From assembly GCF_030684315.1 (NCBI RefSeq), contig NC_081396.1:1860001-1924000 (forward strand): 64,000 nt of DNA, written 5' to 3'. A program made the position numbers and the translations under genes. Every line of letters begins with the position of its first letter. Position 1 is the stretch's first letter. Under the pieces are notes generated by a model. That model was not told the DNA's origin and ran no database searches. It was given only the letters and a program-made list of their open reading frames with translations. Source of the stretch: Stegostoma tigrinum. Lineage: Eukaryota. Positions 24,064 to 36,109 of the stretch are shown here, in pieces.

Positions 24064-25129
24064 AGATCGACTGTCAAAAACACATGGTTTCAAATGTTGT
24101 ATCTTACAGTCTTATATCAGTGACTGAGATCATATGAGATGCAGGTTTTAATTACGGAGAAACTCAGCAGCATTTCTCCAAGTCACAATGGGCTGCTTTT
24201 GACGTTAACTGTGTGTCAATCCCCGTTAGATCAAGAATCAACATATTTAGCTTCTAGTAAGCTATCCTCTGGTAGTTTGTGAGTCTTCCTAATTATTTTG
24301 CTCAATCTCATGTTTTCGGATTTCAATTTTATTCTCCCTTTATCTGGACATTATGAACTGGAAAAAATGTCATCGGTGAAAGAGAATTCCAAACAATTAT
24401 GAGGAGTTAAAAGAAAATACATTGTTCCACAAATCCCTGTTGAATGAGATTATGTCTTTCTTAATATGACCCACCCTTTTTAGATTACTCAACAAGAATA
24501 GACGGCCTGCTCAGTATCTGCATTGTCAATCCCTTTCAGAATCTTATATGCTGCCAGTCTGACTCCAGGTTTTCGTACATCTTCGAAGGTGGAGGTGTTT
24601 AAAGTGGAATGGAAAGAATCGACAGAGAGAGGATCCGAATTTCGTGGGCAACAAAATAGGCACAGGTGTATAAAGCAAGAGGTTTTATGGGATCTATCCG
24701 AGGTACGAGACCGGCAATTATAATGTGGGATGGTAGCTATGCCATTGGCCATATGTAATTCTTTCGATTATTCCTCAACTTCATAGAATAGGGAAACATC
24801 TGTTTGGATTGATGCCTGTTTCACTGAACGATTGCTCTGGGAGAAGTCAATCACCAGCACTGGCATTGGGTAATGTCGGATTTTCACGTGGAGCCAACAT
24901 TAATCTGAACAATGCTGAAACGTTTGCAAGTGGAAACGACACAACTAGTTAAGGAGACAATTTGGCAATTTAACAAAGTCGGACAAGTAACGACAATGTG
25001 GCAAATCAAAGAGTCGTTTAGAAGTTTAATATAACAAAATGACTATCTGGTCCTTGCATAGGGGTGTAGAGATTACACATTTAAGAAAGCAAATCAAGAA
25101 ATAAGAGTAGAAGATAAGAAAAACTATAA

Positions 25130-25760
25130 AATGTTCAGTGACCCTGAATCCGAGTGCCTATTATTTTCCCAATAGAGCAGGTAAATAAAATGAGCAAATA
25201 AAAATGAATGAACACAATCTTATAACCAATACAGGGATATCGCTGAAAAACAAATGGGTGGAATGATATCCGAATGCAAAAGGTTACATCTGACTTCCGA
25301 GGAAAAGAACATAACCAGTGGTGGAGGGGAGCTATGTTATTTAATTATACCACAACAACAAAAAAAGGGAAGATCTAATTAAAACAAACTAAGATGGGGA
25401 CACGATTCGGTGATGAAATGGAGTTCTAAACGAAAAAATTGGGTATTTCTCTCGACAGGAAGTAGGTGCAGCATAAAGTAAGAAATCCAGTTCAATTTTC
25501 AGAAATGCAAGGTGATTGCGAGATATTTTAATCCACACATTTACGGTGCCATCGGCCAAAGATAGCCAAGATAAGGAGCTCATTGATATGTTTTTCAATC
25601 TGGTTTAGTTGAAAAGCTTGCTGTGGAGTCGACCAGACAGAGGCATCAGTCCACTTGGCAATGTGCAATGCTATCAGTCTAAACAATGGCCTCGTAATGA
25701 AGACACAAATGGGAATCAGTGATCATATGATGTTGAACACCACATTAAATTTGAGGGAGA
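25130..25760 (+). mobile_element. CR1 LINE endonuclease relic (homologues ~6300-6770 and ~45410-46040)
   Basis: VESTR...LAMCN...MGISDHMM matches the APE endonuclease SDH motif. Confidence 0.6.
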
Positions 25761-25860
25761 CGCCCATTGACTTCAAATAATGAATTTTGAGCTGTTTCAC
25801 TTGTTTTATGGCAACATCGCGTTCAATGCCAAGCAACATTTTATTATGGAGTTTTCATCC

Positions 25861-26337
25861 ATTAGACCAGAAGACAAAGGAGCAAAAATTAGGTCATTCG
25901 GCCCATCGAGTCTGCTCCACCACTCAATCATGACTGCTAAGTTCTTCAACCCATTCTCCTGCTTTCCCCCCGTAACCCTAGATTCTCTTGACAGTCAAGA
26001 GCCTATCTATTTCAGGCTTAAATATGCTCAATGACCTGGACTCTACAGCCTTCAGTGGTAGTGAATTTCATAGATTTACCACTCTCTGGTGAAGAAGTTC
26101 TTCTTCACCTCTGTTCTAAATTGTGTTCTATTTACTCTGAGGCTCTGCCCCCATTCCTATTCTCTCTTCCCAACATCAACATCTCTTCCCAAGCGTCTTC
26201 CCAACATGTACACTGTCCAGGGCCTTCAGTATTCTGTAAGTTTAAATTAGATCCCCCCACATCTTCTAAAGTCCAATGAATGTAATCCCAGAGTCCTTAA
26301 ACGTTCCTCATATGTTAAGCTTCTCATTCCTGGACCA
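25861..26337 (-). mobile_element. CR1 LINE 3' fragment, insertion specific to copy 2
   Basis: PGMRSLTYEERLRTLGLHSLDFRR is the CR1 ORF2 C-terminus; absent in copies 1 and 3. Confidence 0.8.
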
Positions 26338-27446
26338 AGATCTTTGAGGCATTCGGCACTTCCCATGATATCAGCGTCAGAATTCAAGGAACTTTGATAA
26401 CGTTTTGTCGTTTCTATTAAACACGGAGGGAAAACTACTTCACAATTCAGAAATTCCTGTTCACATTCACTATATCCTAACCGCATGGATGCGGACTATG
26501 TCAGAATCAGTGTGAATATTTGTGTTCAAGGTATTGTTTCATATTGTATTGTTTCATCAATTTCCTCTTCAACATTCATGCCAATAATTGGATGTTACAA
26601 TATTTCCTGTAGTTCCAGTAACCAAACATAATGGTGCCATCAGCAATTAGGACTAGCTGCACATAGATGTATATTACCATCCTTGCTATTCTTACAGGTT
26701 TTTCATCAGGAATGGGGAGAATGATATTTTTTCAGGAATGTAACACCAACTAAGTCGTGAGTTAATGATGAGGAGGGTTTAGGCGATGGCTGTGTTGATA
26801 TTTCTTTAGACTATCAGTCTTTAAAGCAGGAAACATTCAGTCAGAACAGAATTACAGATCCATGTTTCATTTTGTTGCTGATCTAACCAATGACAGGAAT
26901 GGAACAACAGCAGCAACCTCTCGATTGAAGAATTTAGATCAGATTGCACAAAGTAAATGAGAACAGTGTCCTGGCCAAATGCAGTGTTGAAAGACAGAAG
27001 GTGTGTGATGTATGTCTATTGCAGCCACAATTATTGATGGGAAATCGTGACGCCTGGATTCCGAGAAGTCTACCTACAATTTGCACGTCTGTGTTGTTAC
27101 CTGCTAAAGGCCAACTGAAGCAGGAGTACTAGTGAAGAGGAGGCATCAAATTACTAGAGCAATGCAACATCAGCAAGCAGAGTATTCATTTAAATCATTT
27201 TGCCTGTCCTAACTTAAAACACCTGTTCCAATCCTTTTTCACTCTCACATTTTTACAGCCCATTTTCTTTTCAACTGATCACAGTTTAATTTCCGGATTT
27301 AGCCTGGAATCTTTTTACCTCTTATTTTAGACATTTTATTTCAGATATATAAATTTTATGATGTGTTAAGTTATAAATAAAAGACCTTTCACTGCAATAA
27401 TCCTTGTGTAAAATATTGTTGATTTTGTCAGACTCCAACAGGCGCA

Positions 27447-28158
27447 ATTGACCGATCGAAAGAACATAGCTTTGAACGTACAGAGTCTGATTCCAAACTT
27501 CCCTGTGGGGGAAAAAAGAGCAAAGTGGGGAATCTCATTTTCTTTAATAGCTAAAAATCGTTCACGTCAGGCGCAATGCTGGTCTACACATTTTCTAAAA
27601 AACCATCAGGTGTTGAATTTAATTTCTTTAGGCAGGTGAGTTTTCCTGGGTTTCAGGTCGAGGCACGAACATTCCACTGTTATAGCTTTCTCGTTATTTT
27701 CTAAAATACCTTCCCAGACTTATTACTCATTTGTAGTCTTGAACCAGGGTCTTCTGACCTAATCACGCTTTCTTCATCCACATGTCCACCTTTGTTGTTA
27801 TTTTTCTACATTCAGAGAATATGGGAGTCGCAAGTCGAGAGTCGGACTGCTATTCATTGCCAATTATCTAACTGACCTGAGAGCAATTTAAAGTCATCCA
27901 CATGTGGCTCTGGAGTCACATGTCGACCAGATCAAGCAAGGCAGGCAGTTTCCTTTTCTAAATAACATGAGTGAACCAGGTACATTTTTCTCATTGACCG
28001 ATCGAAAGAACATAGCTGTGAACGTACAGAGTCTGATTCCAAACTTCCCTGTGGGGAAAAAAAGAGCAAAGTGGGAAATCTCATTTTCTTTAATCGCTAG
28101 AAATCGTTCACGTCAGGCCCAATGCTGGTCTACACATTTTCTAAAAAACCATCAGGTG
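27447..28158 (+). repeat. 166-bp near-identical direct repeat (27447-27612 and 27993-28158)
   Basis: Near-identical sequence and translation in ORFs 27448 and 27904. Confidence 0.9.
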
Positions 28159-28559
28159 GCAATGGATTCATGGTAATCATTTCCACACTCCCTGCGCCAT
28201 TGAAGATTTAATTGGATTCAAATTGCGTGATTTGAATTATTTAGTTGGCTCTCTGGGCGAACACTCTAGAGATAATACAACTTGGCAATCACATTTTCTA
28301 TTTCTCCGGATTGGGAACTGACCGTTAGCTGAAAGTCAATGATTTAAAAAGTAAAGTAATGACAATCAGACATAAATATCAAGAGGAATAAACTCTCAGT
28401 CTACACAGCTGCAAAATTAAATATATGTGAATGCTATTTTGTCATGCTTCCGTCTTGCTACGACCACCAAAAAAACATGACACTTTCGTTTCTTGTATCG
28501 AAACCTAATTTAACTTAATAGAACCAAAAAGATTGCCTCACCAGTATCTACTGTGGTGG

Positions 28560-28830
28560 GAGTGCCACAATCAAGAGGCATCTTGAGTCGAATGAGGTCA
28601 CAACAGCCCTGATATCCCGACATGAATGAGTTCACAATGAGGTTGTTTCCCTTCAATGAATGAGCTCTCAAAGGGGCTGTACAGCCGCAGGAAGTGAGGT
28701 CACAGCTGACCTGTCCCTATGAAGTGTTTGAGGCCACAAAGGACCAGGCATCCTGCAGTGAATGAGGCCACAATGAACCTGTGTCGCTGCAGCATGTTCT
28801 TCGACAACGGGCATGTCCCCTGCAATGTCT
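28560..28830 (+). repeat. Degenerate 34-bp minisatellite (homologue ~48775-49040)
   Basis: TGAGGTCA-like cores at 28593, 28627, 28661, 28695, 28729, 28763. Confidence 0.8.
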
Positions 28831-28926
28831 TGGTGAGCAGATCACTGTGAAAAACGACTTGAGCTGAGTGGTATTCGGTTTCGTTTTAGCAACCTGTTCT
28901 CATTCCATTTTAGTTTACTCACAGAG

Positions 28927-29510
28927 ATGTACTCTGAAAGATTTTTGATCGTTCTTGTTTTTAATTTACGAGAGTCTGTCGTAGCCTATGTTCATAAAGA
29001 TGCATTTTAAATTAATTCTTCAACGTATGATATGGTGTTTTACATAATTGCAGAGACATTTTCATATAAAGGGCGAAGACTACAGACTCTACATATTTGC
29101 TATTGTACAATCATGCTTGGATGGGTATTGCTGACTGTTTGATATTTTACTTCTCTGTACCCACAATTGGAATATGTTCACATCGATCAATGCAGGCTCT
29201 TGAGATCGAATTTTTGGCTGAAGTGTGTCTGTGAATTTGGATTACGAAAAGAGCAACCTAGACGCAAGGTACAAGCATTGACATCTGCAGAAACTGGTAC
29301 ACTATCTAATAGAGAATTAGTAAAATTAGAGGAAAAGAAAGCGTCAGGACGACGTATAGAGCAGTTGCTGACAATTTTAATAAGTGTGTTTATCTCAGTA
29401 CAAGGCTTCTGAGTGTGGAAGTTATGGTAGTCTAATCCTGTTCTGGGAGACGCAGCATATACGAAAACTGAAACCTGGGACAACAACCTCTCTGAATCAC
29501 CACAACTCAA
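28927..29510 (+). pseudogene. V pseudogene family G, copy 2
   Basis: Leader MYSERFLIVLVFNL; VCEF / SNLDARYKH*HLQK / YRAVADNFNKCVYLSTRLLSVEVMVV*SC. Confidence 0.6.
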
Positions 29511-29680
29511 AACTATTTTACACGTGTGTTCGGAATTGACTGATATTAAATAATAATCCAGAACAGGAACGCGCTTCATTGGCTGGCAATATGTCGACAT
29601 TAATCCTATGCTCAGTTTGATAATATTTCGAATGTCCACGTGTTTGTATAAGCTACAAATAGCCCGAACAACATTTTGTT

Positions 29681-30157
29681 TTAAATCGCAAAGTCGCTAC
29701 GAATTTACAGCACACTGTCAAAGCACGTAATTGCAACGTGGCAATGCCTTTTTCTCGACTGTCGCTGACAATGAGAGTCAATGTTACGACAGCTTCTCTA
29801 CTGAAACGAACAGACCAACAGTTCATCCCTGATCGCAGGTACTGCTCGTTGGGCCCTATATTTTGTACATTTTCTACACAACCTTTACAGAGACCTTGTC
29901 ATACATGCTTAAAGGAGGTGTGACCTGAATGCAAGCTCCCTGCATCCGGTTCAGAGATGTTGCCCGTGTGTGATAAGACCACTGACACTGTACCTTGTAT
30001 TAATGAATCAGAGTACATTTAACTACCCCAGTGGAAAATCTCAAAGGTGCGGTCTCTCCATTGGGGTAACATTCACTGATTTGGATGAATGGGAACCTTG
30101 TGCACTATCAGCAGTATCCGCCAAGCGTATCAAGAGCAAGAGTCCAATGAAATTCAT
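29681..30157 (-). pseudogene. V pseudogene family H, copy 2
   Basis: Leader MNFIGLLLLIRLADTA; VRFS...TLTLIVSD...RAL; GACAGTG + 23 nt + GCGATTTAA. Confidence 0.55.
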
Positions 30158-31579
30158 TCTTCCATATGGCAAACGTACTCTCAAGATCTTCAGCTCATTT
30201 TCTTTTTTTATTGATAATTACGAAACATATTCCTTGTTAAACATACAGTGAAGATATTTTATATCTCTTCCTGCCACTTGCAGCAATGCAAGCAGCAATA
30301 TAAAAATCAATCTCAGACATTGACAGCTCCAAATTGTCAAAGGGATCCGATTCAATGGCATCAATTTACCACTATGAAAGAATATTTCACGCTACGCTCT
30401 GAAATGGCATTGTTGATGTATTCTTCCTTACATGAAAGAGGACTGGTATAATAAAACCAAATTTCAATTTCAGTATCAACTGCAGGAGAGTCCATATTTC
30501 AATTTCAATCTATTTATCACCACACTTTCTGACTTGTTGAATCTTCGAATAAGGAAGATGTTCCCTGATTGGGTGGTTTTTTTTGTCTCTGTCCAGAACA
30601 CACTGCCAGCGGAAACATGGATATCAATGATACCTTCATTTCTCTTACTGAATTAGTCTTTCAGGTCAAACCAGCTTCTCTTCAAAGCTGCCTGTGTAAC
30701 CATGTCGGCATGTACATTTTATTTCTTACCAACACTGATGTAGAGTCATCTTGATATGAAACATTAGTTTCCATTTGAATGTGCCTGATGCTGTGACTTC
30801 CACCATTATATTTTTCATTACGTTTTGTTTATTCGTCAACAGTTCAGTTATATAATTTGGCAAATTCCAAAACTAAATTGTCACATATATTGTATTTAAT
30901 GAATTTGATAATTTAATTTTAATAGTCTTTATTTATTCTATTTAAATTACTGCTATTTATATTTATCTTCTATTTTAAAACGCATCTGTCCAGAAGAATC
31001 ACATTTCATTCATAATTGTTCAGGTATATTTTCTCTTTCATCTTTAAAATCAAACTCCACGTTAAAGTACAGGTTTGGTCTACTGTGCATTAGTACCATC
31101 TTGACGGCCGAAAAGTAAAACAGAGAAACACTTCGAGAGTTTGGAAAGTCTGAGAACTAACAAATACTCAGAGAGGAACGATGTTTCCAATCTGGCTATG
31201 ATTGTGCTCCCTTTACGCAAACAAATTTCTGAATTATTCAGAACGATTTGAAAAGAGAAAACGAATCTAATTTTATGTCTATGTAAACTCTGGATGATTG
31301 TTCTGGACCGGTATTAAAGTCAGTGATGGAAACTAACATAGGTGACAGGATTTGACATGCTGACAGCAACTTCAGTGAGACCTAAACAGAGTGTCTCAAC
31401 AATGCGAACATTTCACTGACTTGGGTGCTTGTGCTAACGTTCTTTATTGACTGTACGATGAAAAACATTTTACAGGCTTGTATAAGAACATTGGTAGCAC
31501 ATGCTTCAGGTGAGCTGAAGCTCACTAACGGTAACAATGAGTGAGGTTTCAAGAGACTGTTCCAATGGTCACCATTGTT

Positions 31580-32845
31580 ACAAATGGATGGTTGTAATTG
31601 TGTGGCATTCAGAATAAGGAGGGAGATCTTATTTGACTAATTTGAATGAATTGAGTTTTCTGAAAATTTGAAACAATATATTTCATGGGGTAGCACAACC
31701 GACGTTGTTCACATGGACTTCAGCAAGTCATTTGCCATGGCCCTACGTGTAAGACAGCTATGAAGAATTCGAGCCCATATGACCCAAGGAAATTTAGAAA
31801 ACTGTATAAAACATGGCTTCTAATTAGCAGTAAAACAGTGATAGTGAAGGGATAATTTCGTGATTCGAATCCTGGAAACTGCAAGGATGTGTACAAGGAC
31901 ACTTGCTGGATGTTATCCACATTGATACATTGAATGTGAGGTCAGAAGTCATAAGCAATAAGTTTGGAGGGAATACGAAACATTAGTTGTTGTCAGATAG
32001 GAGATATCAGGCGACAGATTGATATTAATCAACTACGTAGAGCAATGGCAGATAGAATTGGATCCTGATCTGTGTAATGCAATGCATTAGGCGGCCTCAT
32101 AAGAGAAGGATTTGCAAAATGTGTGGAAGATCGCTCAGTGTTACTGAAAAACAAAGGTACACTGTTGTACACTTCAAGATATTACTGGCGACGTCAGTAC
32201 AGGTAGGCAGTTTGGTGAATGAGACAGACAAAAAATTGCCTTCATGAAAGCGGGTGTCCAATACGGATGCAAGGAAGTCCATGGAGCACCTTTATATTAC
32301 ATTAGTTCGGCCACAAATGATATAATGTGTGCATTTGTGTTCACCATACTTTCAGGAGGACGCGATTGCACTGGAGAGGGTGCAAGAAACTCATCAGAAC
32401 TTTGCTTTGGATGAAAAGTATAGGTACTGAGGGTAGACTTGATTAGCTGCATTTGTTTCCTTGGAACAGAGCATCCTGCATGGGATTAGATTGAGATATG
32501 CCAAAGTCTGACAGGAATAAGCAGATGGTGAGAATTTCTTTCCCAGGACAGAAATGCCAAAGGCCAGGATGCATGCATTGATGTAGAGAAGGAAGCGGTT
32601 TTGACATCTGAGATTTTTTTAACCAAAGAGTCATGAAAATATGGAACAAGCAGCCTCAGAAAGTAATTAAGCAGGTGCACTCTCAACATTTAAGCTGCAG
32701 CTGTATAAGCACTAAAACGTACTGGAATAGGAGGTTACAGGCTAACAGCATGTAAATTAGTATAGTTTCGTTTCGTGTTTGTTGTTCATCATTGACATGG
32801 TGTGATAAAACGCTTCTTTCATGCTGTATGACTCTATGACTCTAC
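31580..32845 (+). mobile_element. CR1 LINE RT and 3' relic (homologues ~12750-13240 and ~54480-55610)
   Basis: DVVHMDFSKSF, degenerate RT motifs, 3' tail (ACTCTATG)n. Confidence 0.7.
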
Positions 32846-33116
32846 ATTTTAATGCAGATGAGCGCGTTGCTAAAACCACCAGAAGCTCAGTCAATGGCCA
32901 ATGTTGTGAAACGTCTCTGATTCAGGCAATAAAGACTGTTTTTTGGAGTTTAGAATTCTGAAAAGAAAAGAAGGCAAGATTTTCTGATGCACAAACGATT
33001 ACCCGCAGCACATGTTTGCTTCTTTGGGAGTGAATATTAATTTCAGCAACAGATTCGATTGGGCAATATCTGGTATTTGAATTCACCTAGTAAGATACCT
33101 TTTTTTAATGACACAG

Positions 33117-33995
33117 CTCCGTTGGTGACAACCATAACCTTATCCCAGAACTGTCCACCTGGTGGTGACAGAGGTGACTGGGGTTCTTGTCATCATAACG
33201 GCTGTGGTACCCAAACGGAATGCTTGTATCTACTTTCGTGACAGTATTTTGTCCTCAAAGCATTCTTGTACACTCAGTACTACGTTGAGTATGCTGCTCG
33301 TGACGGCTCAGTCTGGCTAACAGTAGCCTTCGCTATTGACCGTTTTGTGGCCATCAGCTGTCAACGGTTGAACACCACGTATGGCACCAAGTAAATTGCA
33401 TCACTATTCATGGGGATTATCTGTCCCTCGAGGTGTGCCAAGAACATGCTTTTCTATCTCATCTACTAGCTACTGTACGTCTCGGATGGGATGCCCTGGT
33501 TCTGTGACATTAATTTCAGCTATTGAAATTGGGCAGTCTAGCAGGCCTATGATTGTTTGGACCGCATCTTTACACTTTTTTTTTGTTTTCCTCCCTATTG
33601 TGTTGATAAATGCCCTGATTGTAAGGCACATTCTAGTCGCTAGAAGAGCCCGCAAAAGAGCCTGTGCCACTTAGAATCGACAAGGTCCAGAGATGGCCAA
33701 TCGCAATAAGTCCATTGTCCTGCTGTTTGGCATCTCTCTCAGCCGCGTCTTACTGTGGATGACCAAAGTTGGACATTTCCTTTATGTGAAGTTTACAGGT
33801 GAGGCCTGCTTCGTTGTCCTGGATTTTAAAGATCCACAGCACATGCTTTAAAAGTCGACAAACTTGCTCCATTTGCCCATTTCCCGCAATAAAACCTTCA
33901 CCTACGCATTAGCACAGATCAAGTTTAGAGATGAAATAAAGAACACACTGATACAACCCTTCAGCATTCACGTTCTTTGCTTTATAAAAATGAAA
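33117..33995 (+). pseudogene. GPR139/GPR142-like rhodopsin-family GPCR pseudogene (main exon)
   Basis: SVWLTVAFAIDRFVAISC (DRF motif), INALIVRHILVARRAR, PEMANRNKSIVLLFGIS, KFRDEIKN; several stops. Confidence 0.85.
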
Positions 33996-36109
33996 GAGCT
34001 CTAAACATGTTCATCTGTCCATTTATTCTCACCAGACGTATAATTCCATCTGCCACATCTCCCAACATAGTTTAACTCCAATAGAATCAGAAAGTATTTT
34101 TGTCATGTCGCAGATATACAGCCAACGTAGCCCAGTATTTCAGTGGTGAATGTCCCTGATTTCCTAGAATGAAGGATTCCAGCTATATCTTGCTTGCTGT
34201 TGTACTCATGTGACAAACTAAATTTCATGCTGAGTTCGCCTTCTGACTCTGAACGCTGCTGAACGACAGTGTTGCAAATGAATTCGTGGCCCCATAAATA
34301 CTGCCCCATTGTTTGCTCCAATATTTCGTGGGACCCAAATTCCATGATAATTGTATTCTACTCAAATACCTAGCACTCCTCCGGCTGACACATTGTCATA
34401 AATACAGAAAAAAGGAAAGTCCCAAGAAAGATTGACATTAAAAAAAAGCATATTTTCTAACAGGATTGACAAGGTCTCAGATTTAAATAGAGTTGTTGTC
34501 AAAAACGATTTGGTGCAATATGTCACCTGTTAAAAATCGTGGTTTTAGGAAGGTATCAGTCTTGCTCACAAAAGGAATGAAACGTAAGCTTCACATGAGC
34601 ATGGTGAAGTGTGCACAACTGGCTTGAATTCGGTTTAACTTTGGTTATAAGGATGTAAATATGTGATTGACAAATATTATGAATATGGCATATCATAAGG
34701 GATGAGTCATCAGGCAGTTACTGCAGATACCAATTCATGTAAATGTGCTGTTATGTTCACATGAAATATGAACGAGAAAAGATTGAGGAATGCTAAATGT
34801 TAGCAATCCATTATACTTCGGCCGGAAACCCTTTGCAAACTTTTGGAAATGCAAACGACTGACACAGTCAAATTGGTGAAGACTGTTTATCTCATCCATT
34901 TATGCAAAGAAAATCACTTGGTAATCCAACCTTCTGAGACACCACCCGACATGAAGTGACGAGAGAGAGCACTCACTTGATATGAGTGTAAAAAGGGGTC
35001 AGTAGTTCGTTCGAACGACTGAAACATAACAAAAAATACAATGGGGAGAGACTGTTGATGCGCTCTGCGTATGGAAAAGCGTTCACTGAGGCTTGCCACT
35101 TGACAGCACACCAACTAATCCATATTTTGGAGCGAGGAGTGACCTGCTTCAAACGAGAGGAAGCGTCCTATTAGTCAACCTGCCTGAAAGCATGCCAACT
35201 ATTAAAAGACGTTTCAATTGTTCTGCCTGTAGCACAGCTTCAAAGACTGGTATGCAATTGTGAAATTATTTCATATTTTGGTTGAAGGCTGACTGTTCAA
35301 CTGCTCCTCTGTGTGCCAGTGTGTACTCAGTCATCCCATTTCAGGGATACCAGTGATATCACAAATGACCACAAGACTATTGTTACTGTTACTCGCAACC
35401 AGGATTGAAGCAAATTGATTCTAAGCGTAGAAAGCCTTAATTTATTCCGCCTCCCTGATTAAGTCAGTGTGGCTACTGCTGCTGACGAAAGGCCTATGCT
35501 AAGAAAGCTGTTGGAATTCCAAACAAACTGTTTGGATTAGATTCTGGCACTGTGTGATTTCTGACATTGTCCTCCCAATCCAACACAGGCACCTCCACGT
35601 TGTTGTGGTTGCCCTCTAGTTTCGAAAGTTTCCAAAGCTTTTCTAACCGAGTTCGGATGATGTGGGCTGATCAGCGAATTGTAGTCTGTATGAAGGCAGA
35701 TATTTCATTTTTTTTATAATTTAACACATAACAACTTACAAAATTTCGACAACATTAATTTATGGTGGTCCTTCTGGAGTCAGTTAGGAATGACTTCAGT
35801 GAAAGGTATCCTAATTTTAAAGCTGACATTGACAAATCGCCAAGTTTGTAAAAACAAAAAGAGAATGATGGAATTTCGCACAATATGTTTTATATTCAGA
35901 ATCTTTCTTTTATTTTACCACAATAATCATTAGTTGCCTTTCAGCCTCTGCCAGTACCAGTTGATTCGCCATGGGGAATTAAAGCTGCTTCTTAGGGTCA
36001 CTTTTTCCGTGCTGTTTCTGTTCTCTGTGAAAGTAGCAGCTTGGCAGAGCAGAAATGATTCAGTTTAAATTTAATAGATTCAACTTGGACGAAGAATCAA
36101 ATAGACAAG

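Noticed and set aside
28560-28830. CRISPR-like array
   Set aside because: Eukaryotic DNA; whole units are degenerate tandem copies with no unique spacers
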